Assembly: GCA_965204745.1 (NCBI GenBank)
Contig: OZ242010.1
Span: 352,001 to 416,000, forward strand
Length of the DNA stretch: 64,000 nucleotides
Direction of reading: 5' to 3'
Source: Candidatus Latescibacterota bacterium
Lineage (GTDB): Bacteria > Latescibacterota > UBA2968
Under the pieces are notes generated by a model. That model had not been told where the DNA came from, made no database searches, and saw only the letters and a list, made by a program, of their open reading frames with translations. Every line of letters starts with the position of its first letter. The first letter of the stretch is position 1. Below are positions 38,425-48,195 of the stretch, piece by piece. The position numbers and the translations under genes were made by a program.

Positions 38425-40689
38425 TTATGTGAAAACTGCGTTGACGAGTTCATGAATGAGGTTTAAGGGGCCGTCAGCCCGACCAGCATTTCGCGCAAGG
38501 CGGGCAAATTCCCGTATCCGTAAGAGTTCCGAGCGAATCAGAATGCGGCCCTCATCGTCGATATCATCCATATCCGGCGGCAATGCGACAAAGTCGTGAA
38601 TTTCGCTATGCGTCTTGCCAATTTCTCGGCATGTGCGGAGAAGTCGCCCGCGACGTTGCACCCATTGTCGTTCCACTGTGGTGCTTGCGAGGATAAAAGC
38701 CTTTTCAATTTGCGGAATATTCACTCCTTCGTCAAGTACTCGCTTTGCGGTAAGGACGCGGTGTGTGCCTTCCTGAAAGGATTGGATAATGTGCGTTGTC
38801 TCATCGCGGTTCGCTGTCTCTACATGGGTAAGTTGGTGAGAAATTACGCCGTGTTTCTTTAATAGCGCGTTGACAGCGTCGAGTTGTTGCGGTGCCTTAT
38901 CCGAGGCATAAATCAAGGTGTGGCGGAGCGTCCGAAGGTCTTCGCGCATCAAGGCTTTTTCCAAAACGGCAATTTTATTTTTTGCATTTTCCAAGAGTGC
39001 CCGTCGATCCCTCAATAACTTGGTGAGATACTCATCGGGTCCCCCGTCCTCCTGACGCCAAGCATTTGCCTTAATTTTTGCGGTCAAAGCATACCACTCA
39101 TCCATCTCATCCCGCGTGAGTTCTACCGGATGGACATAGTAGTCGTATTCAACGAGACAGCGTCCAATGGCCTCGTTGAGCGTGAACTGAAAAACAACCG
39201 GACCGAAAAACGAAAACAGGGCTTCTGTGCCTTCGACGTCATATTGGCGAATGGGCGTTGCCGAAAGTCCGAGTCTGTAATCAAAGAAAGAGGGTGGATC
39301 GGCAATAAATCCTTCGCTTCCCAAATTGTGTACCTCGTCCGCGATGAGCAAAGTCGCGCAATCAAACTTTTTGACTTCAGTCTTAAACGCGCTATTGCAC
39401 AGCGTGCGGTGAGAAACGACGACAACTTCAACCTCGCTCATTCCATTTCGGAACCGCCGTTTGAGTTTACTGAGTTCCCAGGCCCGTCCGCGTACGCCAT
39501 TCGCCTCGGTCAGATTAATTGCCTTGAGTCCAAAGGGCGCGATCTCATCACACCATTGTTGAATGAGCGGGACATAGGGAGCCGCCACAACAATCAGCAG
39601 TGGTTTGCGTGCTTCATAGAGCCTGTGGGCGCAAATCATGGCTGTGATCGTCTTGCCCGATCCAGTCGCCATTTCCAAGACCCCTTGATGGCCGGCCTCG
39701 CACCAAGCATTTACTGCTTTGCCTTGGTGTTCAAATGGCCCGTCCTCGAATTGGAGATATGAGGGTATCGCAAATGAGCCGTAGGATTTAGAAGATTCCT
39801 CCATGACCGAAAATCTATTTGCTCGGGTATAAAGTGCTCGCAGGTCGGCCTCCGTTGGCGGGATGTTTGAGCGATAGGTTTGCAACAAACGGTCCCGGAT
39901 AGCTCGAGGCATCGCAACGACGATACAATTATCGTCCTTATTTTTCCAAAGCCGCTCGAAATGCTCACAAAACTTTTCTGTGATATAGTGCTGATTGCGA
40001 TCTTCCCACGATTTGGAAATGGAAATTTGCTCAATATTCTTTGCAACACCCGCATAAGTCAGGTTGCTCGATCTGTGTGCTGCAATTACATCATCACTTC
40101 CACGAAAAAGCCAAACCTTTGGATGGAAAAGCGCGTCTTTCATCAGAGCAATTTTGATTTTTACGCGCCCGCTACGCAACAACCACGAAAGACATTTTAG
40201 CGTGTGTTTCTGAATGAGGTCTTCTGTAACAACGATATCTTCTAAAGCGGCACTAGCGATATTTTCAGGAGTGATCACTCCTTTTTCGATAGCGACCTTG
40301 TCTTCGGCCCGGAGAAGGGGACTGATGATCAGGCGAAAACTTTCTTGTGAGCCGTTGACAAAGGTAGCCAACCCTGGAGCTAGCGATGCCAAAACCTCAC
40401 TGGAAAAGAAGCCCACCATACAATCGACTTGGGCAGCCGTTTGAAAACACGGAATAAGCACCTCTTCTGTCACAGGATCATCAGGTAGCATATAGAGCGG
40501 CCTGCTATTGGACACAGCGCGAAGATGCACGCCATCAATCCCTGCCACCTTCAACCCCCTATCAGGTGCCGCTTGGACAACTGATCCGCCAAAGTGCTTG
40601 CGTCCGGGTCCAACTTTTCTCACTTGCAAGGTTCGCAAGTCATACTCTGGCCTCAGTTCATCCTGCAATGTTGTCTCATCCTTCCTCAT
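38425..40689 (-). CDS. PLD(HKD)-like domain plus SF2 (ResIII/DEAD) helicase, with BrnA-like N-terminal segment
   Basis: FHPKVW..SSNLT; MATGSGKT, ADEVH, GLSAT, DEGVNIP, QRRGRLLR. Start is ATG 40689 or an internal GTG at 40548. Confidence 0.87.
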   Translation of the reverse strand: MRKDETTLQDELRPEYDLRTLQVRKVGPGRKHFGGSVVQAAPDRGLKVAGIDGVHLRAVSNSRPLYMLPDDPVTEEVLIPCFQTAAQVDCMVGFFSSEVLASLAPGLATFVNGSQESFRLIISPLLRAEDKVAIEKGVITPENIASAALEDIVVTEDLIQKHTLKCLSWLLRSGRVKIKIALMKDALFHPKVWLFRGSDDVIAAHRSSNLTYAGVAKNIEQISISKSWEDRNQHYITEKFCEHFERLWKNKDDNCIVVAMPRAIRDRLLQTYRSNIPPTEADLRALYTRANRFSVMEESSKSYGSFAIPSYLQFEDGPFEHQGKAVNAWCEAGHQGVLEMATGSGKTITAMICAHRLYEARKPLLIVVAAPYVPLIQQWCDEIAPFGLKAINLTEANGVRGRAWELSKLKRRFRNGMSEVEVVVVSHRTLCNSAFKTEVKKFDCATLLIADEVHNLGSEGFIADPPSFFDYRLGLSATPIRQYDVEGTEALFSFFGPVVFQFTLNEAIGRCLVEYDYYVHPVELTRDEMDEWYALTAKIKANAWRQEDGGPDEYLTKLLRDRRALLENAKNKIAVLEKALMREDLRTLRHTLIYASDKAPQQLDAVNALLKKHGVISHQLTHVETANRDETTHIIQSFQEGTHRVLTAKRVLDEGVNIPQIEKAFILASTTVERQWVQRRGRLLRTCREIGKTHSEIHDFVALPPDMDDIDDEGRILIRSELLRIREFARLARNAGRADGPLNLIHELVNAVFT

Positions 40690-40810
40690 AGTCTTGTCTC
40701 TCTCTGCGGGTTGTTTCTCTTGCACTGATCAAACGAATCGCATCCCCTCGTTCGGTGTATGATACGATTAACAAACGACCGCGATTTGATGACGCTATCG
40801 ACATCATCTG
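40676..40810 (-). pseudogene. brnT: C-terminal remnant of BrnT family toxin
   Basis: SNRGRLLIVSYTERGDAIRLISARETTRRERQDYEEG*; the N-terminal half is absent. Confidence 0.8.
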
Positions 40811-40984
40811 CGGTTTTGGCGACGTACAGCTCTTTGAAAAGCTCAGGCAGTTGTATAAAGTCAAACCTCCTGTGATGTTGAGTATTAAGACGAAATTTCA
40901 CATGCGTTACATTGTTTGCAAAGCAAAGTAACAGATGTATGATGAATCGACAAGCACGCTTGGCAAAACGCAGTGAATTTTAAC

Positions 40985-41073
40985 ATAACAGAATGCCCAC
41001 TGAAATGTAATCTCATCGCCGAGCACCGCTACCACAAACTAAAAGCCCGATGGACAACCCCACCGAGCTTTTT
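40985..41073. repeat. ~90-bp direct repeat copy 2
   Basis: Matches 33256-33348. Confidence 0.75.
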
Positions 41074-41125
41074 GTATTGTCAATGTTTCAATCTTTCGAG
41101 ACGAGTCCATCCTGATCATTCCGAT

Positions 41126-42559
41126 CTAAGATATAGCAGATTTCTGGTCTTTAATCTCCTGCCATATTTCGTCAGCACTTTTGTGAAGTTTTAGCTGAAT
41201 TTCCGGACGTATAAGTAAATTTTTCCAAAGGTCTCGCAGTTCTACAACCTCATTTTCGTCTAATTCATCAAGACCAATTACCCACTGTTGTATCCTTTTA
41301 CCGCAACGGATGACCTGCGTCCTGTCCTCACTTCTCATAGTCCAGCGATTCTTCCAGCGCGTAGTGCGGAGAATTAAAACAAAGTCTCTCCATGGCGGGT
41401 GATGGAGCCGCCATTCCAACTGATTAAGTCCCTTTAATGCCTCTTTTACAGTATCAAGGGTCGGGTTTTCTAGATCGGGAAGACGTTTGTCAAGTAACTT
41501 GCGTACGATTTCTGCTAGCATCTGTTGTCCGATAGGCCAAAATAGGAGATGATCGCTTTCACTTTTATCTTCCTCATCCTCTTTGAGCTCATGAGTTCGC
41601 ATATAGATTGGCTCTTCGGAGAGATCAGGTATCTCATCAATTAAAGCCTTCCAATACATTGTCAATTCGTTAGAAAGTTCATCAATGTATTTTTCAGATG
41701 GACGGAACCGTTTGAACGTTTTCAGATCTGTACCTTCTTCTTCGATTGGGCCCCAACCATTGTTCTCTCTCTGTCGAGAACAGAGCAATTTAACGTTCAT
41801 CTCGTACAAGGTTTCAAGGCTTGTAAAGTATGGATCTCCTGTTTTGAGGTTTTTGCCCTTCTGTGTCTTAATGCGCCTTGATTTACTCTGTATGCCGGCC
41901 GATTTGAAGAAATCGTTGTCAGTAATCAAACGCCGCGTGAGAATGGCAAATGTATCATCCTCATCCATGATAATGTTAGTTGCCTGATCCGTGGGTTTGG
42001 CATAGCGATTGAGATTTGAGAATAGCCGGCGATACTTTGGCATGAAATTTTTATTTGCATCTTCTCGTCGCTCTGGCACAATTACAATGACGGAGAACTC
42101 ATCATTCTCGAAGCCCTCTGGAGCACCATCGGACAACGGATTATTTCGATCAAGAAGGGTCTTGATAGCTGATAGGCGATGTTGACCATCTAAGGCATAG
42201 TATTTCTGCGTTCCATCAAACTTCAATACACCAAACGCTTCATTAAGCCGTCGATCATCACGAAAAATTGCAAATTGAGGATCGTCTGTGATTTCAACGG
42301 GATAAAACATTGGATCTCCCTCAAGAGCCGCGACAACAATAGAGGAAAAGAAGCGATCCTGTTGGCGTTTCAAATACTCCACAATTTCTTTCTTAACTCT
42401 GCCTTCATTCAATGTACGCTGGATTGCCTCATCAAGGGTGCGATCCTCATAGACTTCAGAAGCATACTTCACATTTTCACTTAGCTCACGTGCGCTCATT
42501 TTGACGACATAGTAGTTCCAAGAGCCCATTTGAGAACGTAAAGCAGGATAAATATTCAT
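41126..42559 (-). CDS. DGQHR-domain protein (DndB-like)
   Basis: IQRTLN, FFSSIVVA, ALDGQHRL, LFSNLNRYAKP. Confidence 0.88.
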   Translation of the reverse strand: MNIYPALRSQMGSWNYYVVKMSARELSENVKYASEVYEDRTLDEAIQRTLNEGRVKKEIVEYLKRQQDRFFSSIVVAALEGDPMFYPVEITDDPQFAIFRDDRRLNEAFGVLKFDGTQKYYALDGQHRLSAIKTLLDRNNPLSDGAPEGFENDEFSVIVIVPERREDANKNFMPKYRRLFSNLNRYAKPTDQATNIIMDEDDTFAILTRRLITDNDFFKSAGIQSKSRRIKTQKGKNLKTGDPYFTSLETLYEMNVKLLCSRQRENNGWGPIEEEGTDLKTFKRFRPSEKYIDELSNELTMYWKALIDEIPDLSEEPIYMRTHELKEDEEDKSESDHLLFWPIGQQMLAEIVRKLLDKRLPDLENPTLDTVKEALKGLNQLEWRLHHPPWRDFVLILRTTRWKNRWTMRSEDRTQVIRCGKRIQQWVIGLDELDENEVVELRDLWKNLLIRPEIQLKLHKSADEIWQEIKDQKSAIS

Positions 42560-42596
42560 GAGTTAATCCTCCAAAAAATTTAAGGGTTTATCACTA

Positions 42597-43028
42597 CTAA
42601 GCAGGTCGAGGAGTGCCTAGCTTCGCAGGGATAGTTCCAGATATGCGATTTGCCGGTGGGCCAAAACATTCGATTAGACGCGCCTCAAGTTCGTCAATCC
42701 GGTCAGGATTCACTTCAGTGTACCAATATTCAAGATTATCACCAAAGCATTGTTTTGCTTGCTTAACCCCTCGCTCTGGTCTGCGACAGTGCTCAAGAAA
42801 TCGGCGATTAAGAGAGCGAGACTTGCCAACATAAATAATCTCATATAAAGCCTTAAACAAGCTTTGTTTGAAATCAGTTAGTTTAGCACAGATAGCATAT
42901 ACTCCTGACTTCTTGGGAACACTGTCACGACAACTTTGATCCAATTGTGTCTTTGACCAACGTGTTTTACTGACAACTCGCCTCAAGTGATCCCACTCTT
43001 GCTTTTCAAGTGTCCAACCGTGTCGCAT
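42597..43028 (-). CDS. GIY-YIG nuclease family protein
   Basis: PKKSGVYAI...IIYVGKS..L..RF.EH...LE..LI....PPAN. Confidence 0.82.
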   Translation of the reverse strand: MRHGWTLEKQEWDHLRRVVSKTRWSKTQLDQSCRDSVPKKSGVYAICAKLTDFKQSLFKALYEIIYVGKSRSLNRRFLEHCRRPERGVKQAKQCFGDNLEYWYTEVNPDRIDELEARLIECFGPPANRISGTIPAKLGTPRPA

Positions 43029-43067
43029 AATTATATCACACTTTGGATAAGATACTGAAGAAAGAAC

Positions 43068-43091
43068 TTTTACACAACCCTTTGTGTAAAA
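43068..43091. promoter_or_regulatory. Perfect AT-rich inverted repeat, operator-like
   Basis: TTTTACACAA-ccct-TTGTGTAAAA between sspD and the GIY-YIG gene. Confidence 0.45.
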
Positions 43092-43115
43092 ATTTGTGCA
43101 GGGTACTTAGATATG

Positions 43116-43922
43116 TCACAAATGGCAAATCGCGCACCCTTCGGTCTCTTCGATCATCGGCAAGTCTTTGAGGGGTTGGTTTGCGATGTCGTCTAAGGTC
43201 TTCCCATCCACCCATGTGAATTTCTTCCCGTTCTTCACCTGCTCGTATTCCTTTGCCTTTTCAAACAAATCGGGATGTTCTCGTTTTAATCTTTGCCATT
43301 CCCCAACTTGCTGGTAGAAGCAAAAGTAGCACCCCGACCGCGACCGCCAGTTGTAATACTCGGGCAGTCCAAGCCCCGATTCCTCTAAAATCCGCTTAAT
43401 ATCTGCCAAGCCAAGGCCGTCGTCCTTAAATGGATAAACGGGAATGATGTTGGGCTGTTGAGAAATTGAGGGCGGTTTTTTGGCGATGTACCCATCGCGG
43501 TCTTCGTCGTCGCGGATGCCGATATAGCTATACGCCCGGCTGTCGCCAACATAATCTTCAAACGGTTCAATTTTCAACACGCGCGTACACCACCGCGATC
43601 TCGGGCTGGGCAAATAGCCGCCGTATATCTCGTTCAAATACATATCGAACGGATTGCGCCCGGGCTTTTTCTCCACCCGCAAACCGTCGAGTGCGTTCAG
43701 GCGGCGAACACTAACGCCGAGCAGTGCCTCCAAGCACTCCAGATATTCATACGTTTCATCCAACTCACATCCGGTATCGCAGAACACGTACTCCGCAGGG
43801 ATTTGCGGATAATTCTGCCGCATATAGACAGCGAGAGCCGCGGAGTCTTTGCCCCCCGAAACACTGACGATATGCCGAATGTCATCGGACAGATTGTTCA
43901 ATGCGTCTCGTATGGTTGCCAT
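43116..43922 (-). CDS. sspD: PAPS-reductase family protein, SspD-like
   Basis: SVSGGKDS PP-loop, FCDTG.EL, RWCTRVLK, GIR.DE, RSRSGCYFCFYQ, C-terminal CAICHL. Confidence 0.85.
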   Translation of the reverse strand: MATIRDALNNLSDDIRHIVSVSGGKDSAALAVYMRQNYPQIPAEYVFCDTGCELDETYEYLECLEALLGVSVRRLNALDGLRVEKKPGRNPFDMYLNEIYGGYLPSPRSRWCTRVLKIEPFEDYVGDSRAYSYIGIRDDEDRDGYIAKKPPSISQQPNIIPVYPFKDDGLGLADIKRILEESGLGLPEYYNWRSRSGCYFCFYQQVGEWQRLKREHPDLFEKAKEYEQVKNGKKFTWVDGKTLDDIANQPLKDLPMIEETEGCAICHL

Positions 43923-46900
43923 GCGAATCCTTTCCGTTATGGTCTTTGAGAATATGTGCAAATAAGGCCCGCGCTTCTTCCGGGCCGACGATAAGGGCTA
44001 AACGCCCATACAATTCCCGCACGCGCTCCTGCACCAAATTCGCCAATCCGTCTTTGACCGCGCCGTTCGCCTGAAATTCAAACGACAGTGCTCTTTCCTC
44101 GATGCGCCGCACTGCGCTGTGAATTTCGCTGTCAAAAATCGCGCTGTTGCTGTCATCCCACCGGTTGAGCGTCTTGCGAAACAGCAAGCCGGACAATGAG
44201 TCGATGAGTTTGGCATCGGACGGATACGGCATACGCAGGCGAGAGAGAAGCCCTTTTGCCGTGCTGTCAGTCAGCGCGTTGGATAGCTCATCGGGAAAAC
44301 ACAATGCCCACTGGCGAGCGACCGCGTGTACGCATCCATTTTGGGTTTCTCGGTTCGCAGGCAGTGCCCTACGCAAAGAAGCAATCGCTTCTTTCCGATA
44401 ACCGTCAATGACCGCAGAGAGTTCACATTTACAGGTTTCGAGGGATTCCAACAAGGAGTGTTGCTCGTCAATTGCGTGTTTTAATGCAGTTGGAATGCGC
44501 TCAAATAGCAGGTGTACCGGATTGGACTGCTGGCGAATTGCCTTTTGAAAGCGACGGGTCAATGGGGTTAAATGCACGGTTGACAGCGCGCCGGTCGGAA
44601 GCGTCGTCTTCCAGCTTTCAAGCGCGTCATAGCAGGCCCGAATGAGATCATTACCGGTTGTTGAACTTGCGCTCGCAACAAAGAGATCATAAACCGCGTT
44701 GAGATACGCTCGTTTTGGCTGATCGATGTCTAAGACGACAAATTCAAACCTTTCCGGTTCGCGGCATAACTGTTCGATGACAGAGGGCAAAATATCGGAT
44801 ACGTAGGTCCCTTCACGGTGGAGAGAATACGCACTCGGAAAGGCTTTGAGACCTGCGGCAAAGAAAATGGGCAGCACCCCGGCGCGAACCCCGAAAGGCG
44901 GATCCATCAGTTCATCAAAGAATCCTCGAATATCCTTTGGGGCTTTTGCGGGGGTTGTCAAAAATGCGCGAACTTTGTCCCAAACCTCTTTTATCCCCTC
45001 GTCCTCCACTTCATCGGGCATCGCATAACGCCAGCGTCCGTCGTCTTTTTTGTATAACCCGGTATGCAACAGCACTGTGCGGAACATGGACGAATCCGGA
45101 AAATTGCCTTCGAGGCCCAAATTCTCCTGACCTGATCGCTCCAATACACCGAGCAGGAGTTTCTTGCGCGCATTGACCACAATGGGGGACGGTTTGTGCC
45201 GCACGATCATCTCATTGTTGATGATGGGCGTTTGGTGGAAAATTTTTGACATGAGATTGGACAGTTCATCCCGCAAGTCATACGCGCTTTTGACGGGCAA
45301 TGCGTTCCCCCTGTAAAAATAGCGCGGCCCATCGCTGCTCGGCTGGATCAACCGGTCGAGGAGCGTTTGAAGATGGGCATGGGCATCGTCGGTCATAAGT
45401 TGAATTTCGGACGACACATGCGGGTCTGAGTCTATCAGCTTATCATCGCCTTGCATCTGCATCAAACACCACACTTCCAAAGCCATCTCAAATAGGGGGA
45501 TGGGCGCGCGGGGTATCGCAAGAACAACCCTTTCGTTGCGTAGGCGTTTTGCCGCGCGCTCTGCTTTTCGCAATTCCTCTGCTGTCTCGGCAATGACATA
45601 CACACAAATGCCATCGCAACCAACGGGCATCTTACGCAAAGAAATCTCGGCCTCCAAGTATTCGGATAATTGTTTCAAACAGCAATACGCGCCTTGCGAG
45701 AAACGCCTGATGCAAAACTCGCTGTTATACCTCACGGGGCGCCATACGGGCGGGGGGGCTTCTTCGGTCAAAAACGCAATGAACTCAAAAGTAGCCCGCT
45801 GTCGCAATTTCTCGTCTTCAAGCCTGCCCCGAAGATCGGCATCTGTCCCATGCCAAACGGAAACCTCATCGCTGTGTTTTCTGTGTAACAGGTGTTTCCC
45901 GTCTATGAGTTGGTCAATAACCGTTTCTGCCCGCTGTGATCCCGTGGTGCCATAGCCGCACAGGGCAAAGTGCAACAAAGCGCGAGTCGCGTGTGACCGC
46001 TCGCCATGGACACCAAAACCCAAGAGGCTTGCTGTTTTCAGTGTTGTTGCCGCCAAGTCATCCGCGTCGTCCAACTTTGAGAGGGCATTTTGCGTTTCGA
46101 GCCACTGCCTGTAGGTGCCTCCGACGGCTGTATCTGCACGCATATCCGATGAAAAGTATTCGTAGAGATGGTCGGGCCTAATGAGATTTTGCAAATCCAT
46201 AGCATTGAGAAAACTGAACAGGGTCCTCTCGTTTTGCGCCACGCGCCCGGACATGCGGGGCAGCAAATATAGGGTCGTCGGCTCTAGGGGATATGCCCGG
46301 CGCAAAAGCGACTGAAGTTCCGACGGGTCAAAATCGGCAAACAGGCCGAGTTGTTTGCACGCTTCTGCCACCAAGGTTGCTCGTTTGGCTGTCAAGGCAC
46401 AAGGGCTATTCTGTCTGTCGGCAAACATGCCGAGTTGGGGAGAATCATTATTCGCCCCTACTTTTGCACAAGGGCTATTCTGGTTGAAAACCACTCCTGA
46501 TATGAGGCGGTAGATCTCCTTGCTGTCGTCTATGTACTGAATCGTCTGAAAACGACCCTCAATTTTTCGCCACTCTGCGCGCACTGTTTGTGGGGAGTTG
46601 CTCGCGTACTGAAACAATTCTTGGTGGAGCAACAGGCCGAGCGTCATCGGAATGCCATGAGACCGATTGACAAACTCCGCCAACAATTGGATTTCACTCA
46701 AAGCGACGGAACGCCCCTCAGAAATCAACGACTCGATGTGGCGTCCGAACTCATCCCACAAAATCGAGACCCGATCACAGCCGGTCGCACGCGCTTTGTC
46801 CCGAACCACGCCGAGCAATTCAATGGCCTGTTCAATCGTCTCAGAGGGCATTGACGCAATGGCACGCGCTTGCCGGCCCAACTTCATACGCCGCATCCCC

Positions 46901-47307
46901 TCGAGCGCGGCGTCTTTTAGGCTTTCGCTCAAATTTCGACAATGGTCCTGCAAGACCAGCACGATCCCTTTGTCTTTGCCCTTGCGGCGTTCTTGGGAAA
47001 ATTTGCCCAAACCCGGACTGACGACGTGAAGCCTGTCTTCAATCGCCGTGAGCGTATCATCGGCCTCGGCGCGGTTCTCGATCAAGTGCAACAAATAGGT
47101 CGCTGTAATTGATTTGCCCGTGCCATAAGGCGCGACCACAAAAAACGCCCTGTCTCGTTCAAGACCGAGCAGGGATTTGATGAGCGGGACACTTTTGGCC
47201 GTGGGTTGGTAATGCGCGATCCGATGCGGATATGCTGCGTCGTACGATATGTTGATGGAACGAAGAAATGCTTCGGTGGCGAACGCGACTGGTTTTTCAT
47301 GCGGCAT
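43882..47307 (-). CDS. sspC: Large P-loop ATPase, SspC-like
   Basis: RSINISYD, APYGTGKS, WDEFGRH, EWRKIEGRF, YPL, QNERTLFSFL, PPFGVRAG; lies between DUF4007 and PAPS-reductase genes. Confidence 0.85.
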   Translation of the reverse strand: MPHEKPVAFATEAFLRSINISYDAAYPHRIAHYQPTAKSVPLIKSLLGLERDRAFFVVAPYGTGKSITATYLLHLIENRAEADDTLTAIEDRLHVVSPGLGKFSQERRKGKDKGIVLVLQDHCRNLSESLKDAALEGMRRMKLGRQARAIASMPSETIEQAIELLGVVRDKARATGCDRVSILWDEFGRHIESLISEGRSVALSEIQLLAEFVNRSHGIPMTLGLLLHQELFQYASNSPQTVRAEWRKIEGRFQTIQYIDDSKEIYRLISGVVFNQNSPCAKVGANNDSPQLGMFADRQNSPCALTAKRATLVAEACKQLGLFADFDPSELQSLLRRAYPLEPTTLYLLPRMSGRVAQNERTLFSFLNAMDLQNLIRPDHLYEYFSSDMRADTAVGGTYRQWLETQNALSKLDDADDLAATTLKTASLLGFGVHGERSHATRALLHFALCGYGTTGSQRAETVIDQLIDGKHLLHRKHSDEVSVWHGTDADLRGRLEDEKLRQRATFEFIAFLTEEAPPPVWRPVRYNSEFCIRRFSQGAYCCLKQLSEYLEAEISLRKMPVGCDGICVYVIAETAEELRKAERAAKRLRNERVVLAIPRAPIPLFEMALEVWCLMQMQGDDKLIDSDPHVSSEIQLMTDDAHAHLQTLLDRLIQPSSDGPRYFYRGNALPVKSAYDLRDELSNLMSKIFHQTPIINNEMIVRHKPSPIVVNARKKLLLGVLERSGQENLGLEGNFPDSSMFRTVLLHTGLYKKDDGRWRYAMPDEVEDEGIKEVWDKVRAFLTTPAKAPKDIRGFFDELMDPPFGVRAGVLPIFFAAGLKAFPSAYSLHREGTYVSDILPSVIEQLCREPERFEFVVLDIDQPKRAYLNAVYDLFVASASSTTGNDLIRACYDALESWKTTLPTGALSTVHLTPLTRRFQKAIRQQSNPVHLLFERIPTALKHAIDEQHSLLESLETCKCELSAVIDGYRKEAIASLRRALPANRETQNGCVHAVARQWALCFPDELSNALTDSTAKGLLSRLRMPYPSDAKLIDSLSGLLFRKTLNRWDDSNSAIFDSEIHSAVRRIEERALSFEFQANGAVKDGLANLVQERVRELYGRLALIVGPEEARALFAHILKDHNGKDSHGNHTRRIEQSVR

Positions 47308-48187
47308 GGCGATTTCTCCGTTGGATGGCTCGGTAGTGATTTTTCAGCCAAGCGATGGGTTGCATTTTTGGAATGCGTATCCTCCGATCTCCGGCGAGAT
47401 CGACCACGCGGATATCGGCGTTTGGATCCGTTTCTTCAGCATTGAGCGCGAGCGCGAGTAGCGCATCAACGGTCAGGACAAATGCTTTGCCGGGGCCACC
47501 GGGGATCGTTGTCGCCTCTCTCGCGGATATATCGACTGTATCCCGTCCTTCCCTGGCTTCCTCCAATGCGCTGGCGAGGGCATATCCGAGTAAATGCGGG
47601 GGAATCGCCTTTTCGCCTCGATGCACTTGGTAATCTCCCGATGCGTGAAAATGGCTCAACAAACCGAGTTCGACAAATGGACATTCGAGCGCGTCTTCCG
47701 GGTCGTCGCAGGTCGTTGGAATGGATCGGGCATAACTCTGCAAAAGACAAGCCACATCTCGCTCGAGCGTCCTCGGCCTAGGCGGGCGATATTGTTGCAG
47801 ATAGCGCGACAACTTGTCGATGCACACGGCCCGCTTAAATCGGGCTTGATTAAATTCGTTGAAAAACCATTGCCATGTAAAGGCGCGATTTTCGGGATGC
47901 ACCAGGTTGACGTGCAAAGCCCACCATGTTCCGATTTCGACAAAATAGGGATCGCGCTCGTAAATCAGCCGGGCGAGGTCGGTTGCATCCAACGCAGACC
48001 GCATTCGCACGGCCAGCCCCGTGACCTCCAACCAGTGGCGGATAGAGCGGGACATATTTTTGCCAACGCCGAGCCGATCCGCAACGTATTTGTCAAACAT
48101 CTGATCGGGGTCTTCGATGAGCAGCTTAAGCCCTTTGTGAAGCCAGCCTTCCCGAATCGCAAATGTTTCGTGGCCGCTAAATTTCAT
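47297..48187 (-). CDS. sspB: DUF4007 family protein, SspB-like
   Basis: MKFSGHETFAIREGWLHKG, LGVGKNM..IRHWL, DPYF..TWWALH, PFVELGLL; start ATG 48187 after GGGGAG. Confidence 0.88.
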   Translation of the reverse strand: MKFSGHETFAIREGWLHKGLKLLIEDPDQMFDKYVADRLGVGKNMSRSIRHWLEVTGLAVRMRSALDATDLARLIYERDPYFVEIGTWWALHVNLVHPENRAFTWQWFFNEFNQARFKRAVCIDKLSRYLQQYRPPRPRTLERDVACLLQSYARSIPTTCDDPEDALECPFVELGLLSHFHASGDYQVHRGEKAIPPHLLGYALASALEEAREGRDTVDISAREATTIPGGPGKAFVLTVDALLALALNAEETDPNADIRVVDLAGDRRIRIPKMQPIAWLKNHYRAIQRRNRHAA

Positions 48188-48195
48188 GATCTCCC

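Noticed and set aside
33256-41073. Integron attC sites or prophage att sites
   Set aside because: No integrase, tRNA gene or clear RYYYAAC/GTTRRRY core is visible.
35559-42559. Canonical dndBCDE operon
   Set aside because: No full-length DndC lies between the DndB-like and DndD-like genes; the only PAPS reductase is the short SspD type.
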